From the NCBI GenBank assembly GCA_037968735.1, contig JBBKWC010000014.1, positions 68,195-132,194 on the forward strand: a stretch of DNA of 64,000 bases, read 5' to 3'. Positions within the stretch are counted from its first letter, which is position 1. Every line of letters begins with the position of its first letter. Position numbers and translations under genes: made by a program. Below, piece after piece: positions 34,929 to 44,731 of this stretch. The notes under the pieces were generated by a model. The model did not search any database. It had not been told where the DNA came from and saw only the letters and a list, made by a program, of their open reading frames with translations. The DNA comes from Woeseiaceae bacterium. Its GTDB lineage: Bacteria > Pseudomonadota > Gammaproteobacteria > Steroidobacterales > Woeseiaceae.

Positions 34929-36275
34929 TCAATCCAGAGGCGGAGTATCGATCATCTCAGCAGGCCCCAGCCAACGCTCCATGACTATAGCGGCGGTCAA
35001 ATCGCCCGAGACATTGACGGCCGTCCGGGTCATATCGAGGATTCGGTCAACGCCAAGAATCAGTGCAATACCTTCTGGTGGGACGCCAATGCTCTGGATA
35101 ATCGTTGCGAGGATAACAATGCCGACGCCGGGCGTGCTAGGAGCACCGATGGATGCACCCACTGTGGTTGCGGCCAAAAGAGTAAGTTGCCCCAAGGTCA
35201 AGTCAATGCCATAAACTTGTGTGAGAAACACGGCGGCGATCACCTGATAGAGTGCCGTGCCGTCCATGTTTACGGTGGCACCCAGCGGGATCACGAACTG
35301 TGAAACTGGCTTGGACACGCCTAGCTTTTCCTCTGCGGTCTTCATGGAAAGCGGCATCACAGCGGCCGAACTTGAAGTTGAGAAAGCCAATAGCTGAACT
35401 TCGCGGATGTTGCCTAAGAAACTTAGAGGATTCCGGCCAGCGAGTAAGGCGACGATGGCGAGGTAGAAGATCAGCAGTATCAATAGCCCCAAGAGTACGG
35501 TGCCAAAATAGGCTGACATCCCCAAAAGCGCGTCGAAACCTAGTTGCACGCTGACTTGCGCCAGTAATCCGAACACGGCAAGCGGTGCCAACGCCATGGC
35601 CCAACTCACAACTTTCATAGACACATCCTGCAGCGAGACACAGAGATCCAGCAGCGGTTTGGCTCGGTCCGGTCTGATGGAGACCAACGCGATCGCCATG
35701 AGGATGGCAAAGACAACAATCTGAAACATCGCGCGTTGCAGGATTGCCTCGGTGGGGTTAATGGGAACAACGGCGACAATCCGATCCGGTAAGGTGGCCT
35801 GTGCGTGCGCCTCTGCTTCGCCGACATCAGTTAGTTCAAGCACTGTTTGAGATGTCACCGCAATCCCTTGCTTCACGTACTCGCCCGGTTGAATCCAGAG
35901 AGCAAGAGACGCGCCGATGCCGACAGCAACGATTGTTGTGGTCACGAAATACGGCGCTATGCGTGTTCCGATGCGTCGGAGAAAATCAGTGTCGCCTCCT
36001 CCCGCAATTCCGAGAATAATCGACGTCAACACCAGCGGTACAACCACCATCTGAATAATCGCCAAGAACAAACGCCCTGGAAGCGCGACCCAGCCTGCAA
36101 TCGTATTCGCTGTCGCCTCCCCGACGAGCGCGGCACCCGTTGGCGATAGAGCAAGACCGACGCCTACCCCCAGCACCATGGCTATCAAGATCTGCGCCCA
36201 CAGTTTTGTGCGAATCAGGTAGTCAAGTCGACCAACCAACCGCGTGGTGCTGAGCGGACGCAACGCTTTTGTCAT
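34929..36275 (-). CDS. dicarboxylate/amino acid:cation symporter (DAACS family)
   Basis: ORF to 36473; start set at MTKALRPL (36275). Family-typical segments VVPLVLTSIILGIAG, FSTSSSAAVMP and TVNMDGTALYQ. Confidence 0.88.
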   Translation of the reverse strand: MTKALRPLSTTRLVGRLDYLIRTKLWAQILIAMVLGVGVGLALSPTGAALVGEATANTIAGWVALPGRLFLAIIQMVVVPLVLTSIILGIAGGGDTDFLRRIGTRIAPYFVTTTIVAVGIGASLALWIQPGEYVKQGIAVTSQTVLELTDVGEAEAHAQATLPDRIVAVVPINPTEAILQRAMFQIVVFAILMAIALVSIRPDRAKPLLDLCVSLQDVSMKVVSWAMALAPLAVFGLLAQVSVQLGFDALLGMSAYFGTVLLGLLILLIFYLAIVALLAGRNPLSFLGNIREVQLLAFSTSSSAAVMPLSMKTAEEKLGVSKPVSQFVIPLGATVNMDGTALYQVIAAVFLTQVYGIDLTLGQLTLLAATTVGASIGAPSTPGVGIVILATIIQSIGVPPEGIALILGVDRILDMTRTAVNVSGDLTAAIVMERWLGPAEMIDTPPLD

Positions 36276-37515
36276 CTCGCGCAACTCCGTGATTCTAGAT
36301 TGTCGTTCACACTGACGATCGTGGTTCCAAGTCGCTTTTGAAGGCTGTGTTTGAGCGGCAGAAAGCCGTCTTCCGATGTCCGCTATGTATATGGACTCCT
36401 CCAGTCTAGCAAACAGATTTAGTAAACAGAATTCAGACACGTATTTATATTCGGCCTTTAGTCGGAGAGGCAATCTTCTGGCCCGCTATGTATTCGCTCT
36501 GCGGTTGCTCTAAAGGTCAGTGGGCTCCAGTGCGTCAAAGCGGTGCAGGTTTGACCGAAGCTGCGGCTCAATACAAGACAAACGCCGCTGTACGGGCCAA
36601 GTTTGGCGAACACGCTGATTCGTGCTTTTATTGCCAAGAGATCGTCGAGCTATTTGGCGATGAAGGTGTCGCGTTTGACGGTAAGTGAAAAAACTTGAGC
36701 AGTGAACGACCAGAGCGTTGCATTCTAGTAGTTCTCCTCAAGACCAATACATTTTAGGTCACTCTAGTGGCCGGGTAATTCCACAAAACTACGTTCCATA
36801 GTTTTACGTTACACACTACTGTGGAACGACAATTACCGGAATGGCCTGACTGGAATGCCAGATGTGAATTCACCAACGCGACCCGACGAACGCAGGACCG
36901 TACGGTTTGCCCAAGCACCTATCATTGTTGGGATCGTTTCGTCCAGGGGGCTACGTTTTTTCGGGCGGGCATAGTGTTCTTGCCAAATCACGCTTGGTCC
37001 TACTGAGAAGGACATAAACGTCTGGGGTCACGCGGAAGTACGATTGTTCATCAAGAAATTTACTCAGTACGAACGGGCTTGATCAAGAATATTGCACACC
37101 AGACGAGGGCGAATCGCCGTACAACGGCTATTTGAGCAAGATGTTTGCTCAAGACGTACAGGAATTTCGCTCGTGGTCCAGGTGAATGAGAGATTGTTTA
37201 CGATCCGCAAATTCACCAAGACTTGATGCTTTTCATAAATTCCTGAATCCGATTAGCATTGGGAGGCGCTGGAATGTCTACTAACTTTTTGTCTTCGAGG
37301 TCTTCTCGAGCGATGAACACAGAACGGTTGGTTCGCGACTTCATTTCATTACAATACCTGATGTTCTGGAATTCATTTCACAGAGGAGTGTGATTCGGGT
37401 TTTTGTTGTCAAATTCGTTTCACAGGTCAAGGGCATAATGAGCTGAGACAAAGCACTCCCCATTGCTACCTATGTTATTTAACATAATATACATTATGCG
37501 CATATATTGAGGTTC

Positions 37516-37875
37516 CTAGCCCTCCCGACCAATTAAAGCATCCAGGGGAATTTCGAGGTTTTCATGCAGTGACCGGATCATTGCCAAGGAAAGCCGCCTA
37601 CGCTTGTTCAATACCTCCGATACACGCGCTCGAGAGCCAAGAAATGGTTCAAGATCTTTCCGGCTTAGTCCCATTTGCTCCATGCGAAACTTGATGGCAT
37701 CCACCGGGTCTGGCGGATCGATCGGAAAATGATCTCGCTCGTAAGCATCGATTAGCGTAGCCAGCACATCCAGTTCGTCGCCATCCTCGGTACCGTTCTT
37801 CGCCAACATAAGGGCCTCAAGTCTTTTCAGGGCACTCTCGTGGTCGTCGGAATTGCGGATTGGTTGAATAGTCAT
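37516..37875 (-). CDS. higA: HigA-family antitoxin (HTH)
   Basis: 119 aa. C-terminal HTH (MGLSRKDLEPFLGSRARVSEVLNKRRRLSLAMIRSL). Starts immediately after the toxin stop. Confidence 0.85.
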   Translation of the reverse strand: MTIQPIRNSDDHESALKRLEALMLAKNGTEDGDELDVLATLIDAYERDHFPIDPPDPVDAIKFRMEQMGLSRKDLEPFLGSRARVSEVLNKRRRLSLAMIRSLHENLEIPLDALIGREG

Positions 37876-38169
37876 TCAGATATGCTCCGGATCAATACGA
37901 TCATAGTCAGAGTGACTCCCGACGAATCGAATGTATAACACTTGGAATTCGTAATTTGCTTGCACGTTGAGTCTATATTTATTGCCCCCGACATTGAAAA
38001 CAACGCGATTTCCTCTAACAAAACTCGCATGCTTGTATCGGCGTTTGATGTCCTCAGGGATTTTCCACGCGACTTGTGCGGCTTCCCGATACCAAGATTT
38101 AAGCGGTTGTTCCGCCATTCGATGAGTTTCCCGAAATTCCCTGAGAGTGCGTCTCGCGATAATTCGCAT
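37876..38169 (-). CDS. higB: HigB-family toxin (mRNA interferase)
   Basis: 97 aa: MRIIARRTLREF...VFNVGGNKYRLNVQANYEFQVLYIRFVGSHSDYDRI. Toxin-first order typical of HigBA. Confidence 0.85.
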   Translation of the reverse strand: MRIIARRTLREFRETHRMAEQPLKSWYREAAQVAWKIPEDIKRRYKHASFVRGNRVVFNVGGNKYRLNVQANYEFQVLYIRFVGSHSDYDRIDPEHI

Positions 38170-38185
38170 CGACGGACATCAGCAT

Positions 38186-38202
38186 GCTCCCAATTTGGGA
38201 GC
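38186..38202. promoter_or_regulatory. perfect palindrome upstream of higB (candidate operator)
   Basis: GCTCCCAA-T-TTGGGAGC, 17 nt upstream of the higB ATG. Confidence 0.4.
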
Positions 38203-38509
38203 AATGAGGGAATCTGCGATTTTCGGTGGAATTTGAACACAGCGCTCCCCAACTAATGCGTAGATCTTGGCGCCCTATTCCACCAACAGGGGAAAGAAAC
38301 GGCCAGTACTTCTGGCTCGAGACATGCGGATTAAGGCCGATAGTTGCCGCTCGTGACGGGCAGCTTTTGCAGAGGACTCGATAGCTGGAGATGACAAACG
38401 CGACGGTCGCTGAAATCACAAGTCGACGACTGTTCGCACAGAATGTATGGCCGCTTCCGCACCTAGGAGCGGACAGTCATTGTTCGCGATTTCGCACAGC
38501 CCTGTTTGG

Positions 38510-39403
38510 TCACAATACCTCAGCCAGCGCTACATTCAGCAGATCATAGACGACGCGGATGCGTCGACTGGTATGGAGCTCTCTATGAGTGACGAGCCAA
38601 ATCGGTATAGGAAACGAGATGCGGTCAGTCAGCACGGGAACCAACTCTGGAAACAAGTCCGCCGCTTGACGCGGAAGAAAGCTAATCCCCATCCCTCGCC
38701 TAACGAGTTCGATGACGGCGGTACCACTGGCCGTCCTAATGTTGAATTGCTCCGCCTTAAGGTCGAGGCCGAGTTCTCGAATTGTCGCCATAAATCGCTC
38801 ATTCGGAAACATCCCGACAAAATCCAATGTCGACAAGTCGTCCGTACTGGCTGGGTGACCAGCACGAGTTAGGTATGATCTCGATGCATACAGTTGCGCC
38901 GAGAAGTTACCGACGAGCTTGGCGATCAGGTCAGCGTACTCCGGTCGCGCATGGCGAATAGCGATATCCGCCTCACGTTTAGTCAAATCGCGAACGTCAT
39001 TCGATACGATGATTTCCACCACGATGTTCGGCGCCATTACGCGAATTTGGCTCAGCGCCGTTGGCAGCAAGTAGGTCGCCATCATGTCTGTCGCCGTGAT
39101 GCTGACATGTCCCTCGACGGACTGAGATTGTCCGGAAGCTGCAAGGGACAGGTGCACCGCCGCCTCGCCCATTAATCGGACATGGTCGACTAGTTCGACG
39201 CCGGCGTCTGTCAAGGTCATGTTACGCGGGCCACGTTCGAACAAAGTCACGCCGAGGTCCTTTTCCAAACCCGAAACCTGGCGACTTAGCGTTGGCTGGG
39301 TCTGGCCAAGCGCTCGAGCCGCGGCAGACAGAGAACCCTCCTCGACGGTAGCGAGGAAAGCGCGTACTTGATTCCAGTCGAAGGACACGGCCTGCCAGTT
39401 CAT
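38510..39403 (-). CDS. LysR-family transcriptional regulator
   Basis: ORF to 39547; start set at MNWQAVSFDWNQVRAFLATVEEGSLSAAARALGQTQPTLSRQV (HTH). Divergent from the methyltransferase cluster. Confidence 0.88.
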   Translation of the reverse strand: MNWQAVSFDWNQVRAFLATVEEGSLSAAARALGQTQPTLSRQVSGLEKDLGVTLFERGPRNMTLTDAGVELVDHVRLMGEAAVHLSLAASGQSQSVEGHVSITATDMMATYLLPTALSQIRVMAPNIVVEIIVSNDVRDLTKREADIAIRHARPEYADLIAKLVGNFSAQLYASRSYLTRAGHPASTDDLSTLDFVGMFPNERFMATIRELGLDLKAEQFNIRTASGTAVIELVRRGMGISFLPRQAADLFPELVPVLTDRISFPIPIWLVTHRELHTSRRIRVVYDLLNVALAEVL

Positions 39404-39492
39404 CGAATTACGTATACCAACTATCCGTTTTTGGGAGTTTCTATCATTGATTCGTATGGCTAGTATGCACGCCTCGCTGTTAGGAGCCAACC

Positions 39493-40320
39493 ATGTCTTC
39501 CGTGAATGACCAAACCATACCCGTGTACGCCGGTTCGATCGGATCATGGAAGATCTCTGTCAGTCGCCGCCCACTCGAGGCGCTAGAGCTAGCCGAACGC
39601 TACGATCGGATGGCCGCGAAATGGAGCCACCTGACCGGACGCCTCGGATATCCGCAAGCCTTCGAACGACTTTGGAAGGAATTTTTATCCGAAGCCAATT
39701 TAATGCCGGCTGGCTACCCGCTTCGGTTGCTGGATTGTGGAGTTGGTACCGGGTCCTTCGCATTGGCATTCGCGCGTGCATGGGCCGCCCCCATATGCGT
39801 GGATGCGGTCGATGTGTCCGAGGTGATGATCGAACAGGCACAGCGCCGTTTTCGTCAGGAAGGGCACGACGCCTCGATTCAGTGTGCGGATGTTGGCGCG
39901 CTACCTTACTCAGATAACCAGTTCGATTTGGTGATGGCCGCCCACGTGCTTGAACACTTGCCGGACCCAGTGGCCGCGCTCGAGGAAATGCGACGCACCT
40001 TGAAACCTGACGGCTGGCTCGTGCTATGCCTGACCCGCGAGTCTATTCTGGGCAGTTACGTACAATTGAAGTGGCGCACACATCGACTGACGCTCAAGCG
40101 GAGCGAATCTTGGCTCACCGCCGCTGGCCTCAATGTCGAACGCATGAACCTTGCCTCGAGCGGCTGGTTTAAGCAGACCAGCATCACCTGCGTCGGCAGG
40201 AAACCGGCTCAAGTTTGCAGAACCTGTCCCATGGATAATTCTGCTAGACCTAACACCTTCCCTGATGGCGACTTCTGCGATCGGATTTCCAAACGCTACT
40301 CGCAATCGAACGGGTCGTGA
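39493..40320 (+). CDS. class I SAM-dependent methyltransferase
   Basis: Motif I LLDCGVGTG, plus HVLEHLPDP. Confidence 0.85.
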   Translation: MSSVNDQTIPVYAGSIGSWKISVSRRPLEALELAERYDRMAAKWSHLTGRLGYPQAFERLWKEFLSEANLMPAGYPLRLLDCGVGTGSFALAFARAWAAPICVDAVDVSEVMIEQAQRRFRQEGHDASIQCADVGALPYSDNQFDLVMAAHVLEHLPDPVAALEEMRRTLKPDGWLVLCLTRESILGSYVQLKWRTHRLTLKRSESWLTAAGLNVERMNLASSGWFKQTSITCVGRKPAQVCRTCPMDNSARPNTFPDGDFCDRISKRYSQSNGS

Positions 40321-41024
40321 TAGTTCTAAAGAAATCAGAATGGTCTATCTTGATCGGATTGCTTTCACTGAGCTTCGTTCCTTGCATCGGAGGAACATTC
40401 CGACTGGTAGAGCTGGTTACCGGTTCAGAGTTCTTGCCGGAAAATCTGAGGATACTGTCTGTACCACTTCCAGCTGTGTTGCACATTGTAAGCTCCGTGC
40501 TCTATTGCATTCTTGGAGCTTTTCAATTTCTCGTGAGTATTAGGAAGAACTATCCGAAATGGCACCGGCTAGCAGGTCGGCTTTTGATCAGTGCAGGCAT
40601 TGTGTCCGCCATATCGGGGCTATGGATGACACACTATTACCCCTTCCCCGACCATCTTCAGGGTTACCTCCTTTACTTTGTCCGTGTTCTTGTCGGGTTC
40701 TCTATGACGGCTTCAATTTTGTTGGGATTATCAGCAGTTTTCAAAAAGAGAATTTCACAACATCAAGCATGGATGATACGTGCTTACGCTTTAGGTCAAG
40801 GAGCTGGCACGCAAGTATTGGTCGCAATTCCATGGTTGTTGACTGTTGGCGAGCCCAGTGGACTTGCACGGGACATATTAATGACGACTGGCTGGATGAT
40901 AAATATCGGTGTCGCCGAATTGGTTATTAATCGGCAGGCTAAACCTAATCGGACAGCGCCATTACGGTCAAGTCTAAAGAGCACAGAAGCAAAAGGCATA
41001 AAGCAATTTAGGAAATTAGCATGA
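40317..41024 (+). CDS. DUF2306-like membrane protein
   Basis: GTGA overlap with the methyltransferase stop. LHIVSSVLYCILGAFQF...HRLAGRL pattern. About 6 TM. Confidence 0.65.
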   Translation: MIVLKKSEWSILIGLLSLSFVPCIGGTFRLVELVTGSEFLPENLRILSVPLPAVLHIVSSVLYCILGAFQFLVSIRKNYPKWHRLAGRLLISAGIVSAISGLWMTHYYPFPDHLQGYLLYFVRVLVGFSMTASILLGLSAVFKKRISQHQAWMIRAYALGQGAGTQVLVAIPWLLTVGEPSGLARDILMTTGWMINIGVAELVINRQAKPNRTAPLRSSLKSTEAKGIKQFRKLA

Positions 41025-41422
41025 ACGACGCAATGGCACAGGAAAAGGCCAATACAAGGACGGTGCTGTCCACTCTGTGGATTTTTGTTCTGCTCAATAT
41101 ATTTGCCAAGGATATTCATGAGTTGGGCAGATCCGGAATGCTCCAACAAATAATGACGGGCGTCATTGACGGTGTGACAATTACGGAAGAACTGATGCTC
41201 TTGGGCGGAGTGATGATAGAGATTCCAATACTAATGGTTTTACTATCTCAGATTCTGCCCCACAAAATTTGCCGCCGGGCCAACATCGGTGCGGGCGCTC
41301 TTACGATCATGATCGAGGTGTATGGCAACCTTAATCCCGACCTCGACAATGCTTTCTTCTTGGCGATCAAGATTCTCGCTCTGTTGGGCGTTATTCGGGT
41401 CGCGTGGAAATGGAAAGGCTGA
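41021..41422 (+). CDS. DUF6326-like small membrane protein
   Basis: ATGA overlap. LSTLWIFVLLNIFAKDI pattern. 133 aa. Confidence 0.55.
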   Translation: MNDAMAQEKANTRTVLSTLWIFVLLNIFAKDIHELGRSGMLQQIMTGVIDGVTITEELMLLGGVMIEIPILMVLLSQILPHKICRRANIGAGALTIMIEVYGNLNPDLDNAFFLAIKILALLGVIRVAWKWKG

Positions 41423-41573
41423 GCAGAGCCGTCACTGGCGCAATTTCGCGAATGGCGGCTTCTGGCTGCGGTTTCAACCGGTCGGTGCATCACGTTCTTC
41501 AGGGGCGCATGCACGATTATTCTTGACGCAGCCGAGTGTTTCCGATTTCGGTGCAGTGTTAATATCTATCACC

Positions 41574-42407
41574 ATGAAGTTGCCCAGCTTAAGAGCATTT
41601 CTCCTTACACCGTTGATCGTTTTCGGGTTGTTGTACATCACCGGGGCGGTCATGATCGCGTTGAAAAATGACTCGATCGCCGTCTTTGAGGAACCAACAG
41701 CAACCTACGAGACGATCGCGATTTTTGGTGCCAGCGGAACCGCGGGTGACGGCATTTTGAAGGTCGCACTCGCGAATCCCGATATCCAAGACATTCATGT
41801 CATTACACGGCGCACAACACCTCGAATAGCGGAAGGCGTTTCCTCCGGGAAAGTACAGATGACGCTTCACACGGACTATCTTGACTACTCAGCTGTTCGC
41901 GAGCAGATAGCGGGCGTAGATGCTGTTTATTGGGCGATCGGAATCAGCTCTGTCGGCGTCGACCAAAAAACCTACGGCACGATTCATGTCGATTTTCCGG
42001 CGCGCTTCTTGTTGGAGTGGAACAATGTCAGTAGCAAACCCGGCATTTCATTTCACTACATCAGCTCCAGCGATATCTCGGAGGACTCCAGCGCGATGTG
42101 GGCACGCGAAAAAGTACGTGCAGAGCGAACGCTGTTCGAATTCGCCAAAGGAACAAACTTACGGGTGATTGCATATCGACCGGACTACATCGGGCCGACC
42201 GAGGAGGAAGCGCATATCGGGCAGGACTTCCTTTATTGGTTCTTTGCGCCCGTTGGCGCGGCTGTGAGAGCTGAACAGATCGGTCAGGCGATGTTTGAAG
42301 TAACCGCTCGAGGCCCGGAATTCAGTAATGGCGACAAGATCGGAACCCGCAGTATTGTTCGCTACAGTAACGCGTACGTTCGACGCGGAATGATCGCCAA
42401 GAAATGA
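41574..42407 (+). CDS. NAD(P)-binding (atypical SDR/NmrA-like) protein with N-terminal TM anchor
   Basis: ORF from 41322; start set at ATG 41574 (MKLPSLRAFLL...). Rossmann IFGASGTAGDG. Confidence 0.8.
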   Translation: MKLPSLRAFLLTPLIVFGLLYITGAVMIALKNDSIAVFEEPTATYETIAIFGASGTAGDGILKVALANPDIQDIHVITRRTTPRIAEGVSSGKVQMTLHTDYLDYSAVREQIAGVDAVYWAIGISSVGVDQKTYGTIHVDFPARFLLEWNNVSSKPGISFHYISSSDISEDSSAMWAREKVRAERTLFEFAKGTNLRVIAYRPDYIGPTEEEAHIGQDFLYWFFAPVGAAVRAEQIGQAMFEVTARGPEFSNGDKIGTRSIVRYSNAYVRRGMIAKK

Positions 42408-42489
42408 CGGTCGATCATGTAATTTTCGTGAGATCGCAGATTGGCAATCCGTAATTAGGACCTCATATCGCTGAGCGACGTCTCTTGGC

Positions 42490-43000
42490 TGCGGATTCAA
42501 TCGGTGGTTGCAACATCTAAACTCTATCATCGTATAGGAGGATGTTGCAGATGGGGATACGAAAGAGACGTCATTACACCGAAACTGAGAAAGCGCTGAT
42601 GTGGGATCGCTGGAAACAAGGCGACTCCATGAATGAGATTGGTCGCTATTTTGGTATCCAAGGCCACTCGTCCATTCAAAATATATTCTCGGAGACCGGC
42701 GGCATTCGGCCAACTCAGAGAACGCGCGCAGCGCGTTGTTTGAGTTGGTCGAATGCGAGGAGATATCGCGAGGGCTGGTCGCTGGACGCTCGATTCGTTC
42801 GATGGCCAGTGAGTTGGGTCGGGCACCGTCCACCATCAGTCGAGAGATACGCCGTAATCGAGGCCGACGAAGCTACCGAGCCCATAAGGCGGATGCGGCG
42901 ACGTGGGAACGGGCCAAGCGCCCGAAGAGCTGTAAACTGGTACTGCATCCAACATTGGCTCGGTTGGTGATAAGAAAGGGTCCGACTATGATCGCGTAGT
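42490..43000 (+). mobile_element. IS30-family insertion sequence remnant (left IR plus frameshifted, truncated transposase)
   Basis: TGCGGATTCAATCGGTGGTTGCAACA (42490-42515) resembles the IS30 terminal IR as I recall it. The transposase N-terminus is split between frames 42542.. (MGIRKRRHYTETEKALMWDRWKQGDS) and 42736.. (EEISRGLVAGRSIRSMASELGRAPSTISREIRRN). No DDE domain follows. Confidence 0.75.
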
Positions 43001-43234
43001 CGCTTGAGCGGTCCGGGTTCATTTCCCATGTTGCCGATACTGCCCAGACAACGGACCCGAACACCATCAACTTCCGCCAAGGACTCAATGCAAGCACGCC
43101 GAATTCTAGAGAACGGAATACGCTGTCCAAACTCGATAGACTTGGGTAAAAGCAAGGAAAACAACCAGATTGCACCAGCACCGATAAGGTGGTTTAAATA
43201 GATCTCTGCAGCATTTCACTGAATGGCAGTTGCC

Positions 43235-44731
43235 CTACCTACCATCTTCGCCAACCACTAAATGACTTGTCATTTCCGTCGATGTCGTTTCGGGATCATA
43301 ACGCCTGGCCAAATCTTCCATCATGTTGTCAAGCTGAGAACGAGAGAAATACCGTCCGCTTGATATGACTGCGGCAATCTTTCGCGTGTTGGATATATCG
43401 GCTACAGGGTTCGCATCCAGGAGAAGAAGGTCTGCGCGCTTGCCAACTTCCACAGTGCCACGGTCTGACAAAACTCCAAGCCATTGAGCAGCAAGATTTG
43501 TATCTGCGAACAGGATGTAGTCATTCGCTAATCCAGCTCGGCTCAGGGATTCGAATTCGTCATGCAGCGAAAAGCCCGGTGCGATTCCGGGAACGACCGA
43601 ATCAGTCCCCGGAATGACAGGAACACCGCCATCAACGAATGCTTTCACGAGTTTACGGTTAAACTCGACGACTGCGTCCACCATTGCGGCGCGTTCCGGC
43701 GTCGGGTTCTTGTAGCCGTTTCGATCAATCCACAACTCTCGTGTCAGCGGATGAAGGTACTTTAGTTCTGGGCGACGCTCTAGAGTCGAGAAATCTCGCA
43801 TCTGCTCCGCGATTCGCTCATCCAATGTGAGCGTCGATGTCAACCAGGTTCCAGCTTGCTTGGCAAGCGCGACGTAGCGATCGATATTTTCCTCTGCTAG
43901 CGATACATCCGGTGCCTGATAGGCAAACTCTTCGGCGTGCACAACCATGTCAAAGTCATGTCGAACAAATTGCTCTGTCGCGTCCGCGCGACGGCCAGGA
44001 ATATGCCCAATAACGCGCATGCCCAGCTTCCGCGACTCGTCTACAATTGCCTCGAATGTTGCCTGGTCCAGGCCGCTGTAGGTTTTGATAACATCATAGC
44101 CTTCCGCTTGTATATTTCTAACTGTTTGGCGACCGTCGGCCGGCGTTGCCGCGGAGCGAGTAAATCCGATAGGCCAAATTGGATCTCCGCCATCAATCAT
44201 AGCGGCAAGTGTCATGTGCGGCCCGAGAACGCGCCCGCTTTCGATCGCGGCACGCTGCCCAATGGCTTCCGACATTCCCCCCATATTCAATATCTGGAGC
44301 ACGCCATTTGCGACATAGGGAAGAAAGATATCCGCGTCGGTGATTTCTCCATTTGATATGTCATCCCGGCCAAGCAACAGTCTCATTAGGCGTTCGTTCT
44401 CTACATGGGCATGCATATCCGTCAAGGACGGCATCAGCCATTTGCCCGTGCCGTCGACTCGCCGTATGCCCGCTGGTGAACTAGCTTCGCCCGACAGGAA
44501 AATAGAACGTATGCGACCGTGCTCCAGAATAACGGTCGCGGATCTGAGAACGGCGTCCGCTGTGGTCATCGTTAGGACGTTCACATTCTCGATCGCGAGA
44601 GGCTCCCCCAAAACCCATGGACTTGTAATCTGCGCTGGCACCAGCGATTGCGAGCTCTCTGTGAGTTCACTCGCCTTGACTGAGAATGCGAGAAGAGTGC
44701 AAGCGAAACCTAAGATGTATGTGAACTTCAC
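43235..44731 (-). CDS. secreted amidohydrolase-family metallohydrolase
   Basis: 498 aa. Signal peptide. Metal-binding SLTDMHAHV, later HAEE and GTDS motifs. Confidence 0.85.
   Translation of the reverse strand: MKFTYILGFACTLLAFSVKASELTESSQSLVPAQITSPWVLGEPLAIENVNVLTMTTADAVLRSATVILEHGRIRSIFLSGEASSPAGIRRVDGTGKWLMPSLTDMHAHVENERLMRLLLGRDDISNGEITDADIFLPYVANGVLQILNMGGMSEAIGQRAAIESGRVLGPHMTLAAMIDGGDPIWPIGFTRSAATPADGRQTVRNIQAEGYDVIKTYSGLDQATFEAIVDESRKLGMRVIGHIPGRRADATEQFVRHDFDMVVHAEEFAYQAPDVSLAEENIDRYVALAKQAGTWLTSTLTLDERIAEQMRDFSTLERRPELKYLHPLTRELWIDRNGYKNPTPERAAMVDAVVEFNRKLVKAFVDGGVPVIPGTDSVVPGIAPGFSLHDEFESLSRAGLANDYILFADTNLAAQWLGVLSDRGTVEVGKRADLLLLDANPVADISNTRKIAAVISSGRYFSRSQLDNMMEDLARRYDPETTSTEMTSHLVVGEDGR

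Noticed and set aside
36276-36473. 66-codon N-terminal extension of the DAACS symporter ORF.
   Set aside because: It is not hydrophobic, and family members start close to the first TM helix. The internal Met at 36275 (MTKALRPL) fits the family.
36488-36688. 66-aa plus-strand ORF (MYSLCGCSKGQWAPV...CFYCQEIVELFGDEGVAFDGK).
   Set aside because: It has no RBS, no recognisable family and an isolated position. It may be a gene fragment but cannot be supported as a CDS.
37213-37344. 43-codon minus-strand ORF (MKSRTNRSVFIAREDLEDKKLVDIPAPPNANRIQEFMKSIKSW) and an overlapping 39-codon plus-strand ORF at 37273, considered as a small toxin/antitoxin-like pair.
   Set aside because: There is no family resemblance. 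Only the plus-strand ORF has a decent RBS, and the composition is not membrane-toxin-like. Kept only as part of the ORF-poor-gap finding.
42159-42836. 225-aa minus-strand ORF.
   Set aside because: It is antisense to the NAD(P)-binding gene end and the IS30 transposase fragments, which have clear homology patterns.
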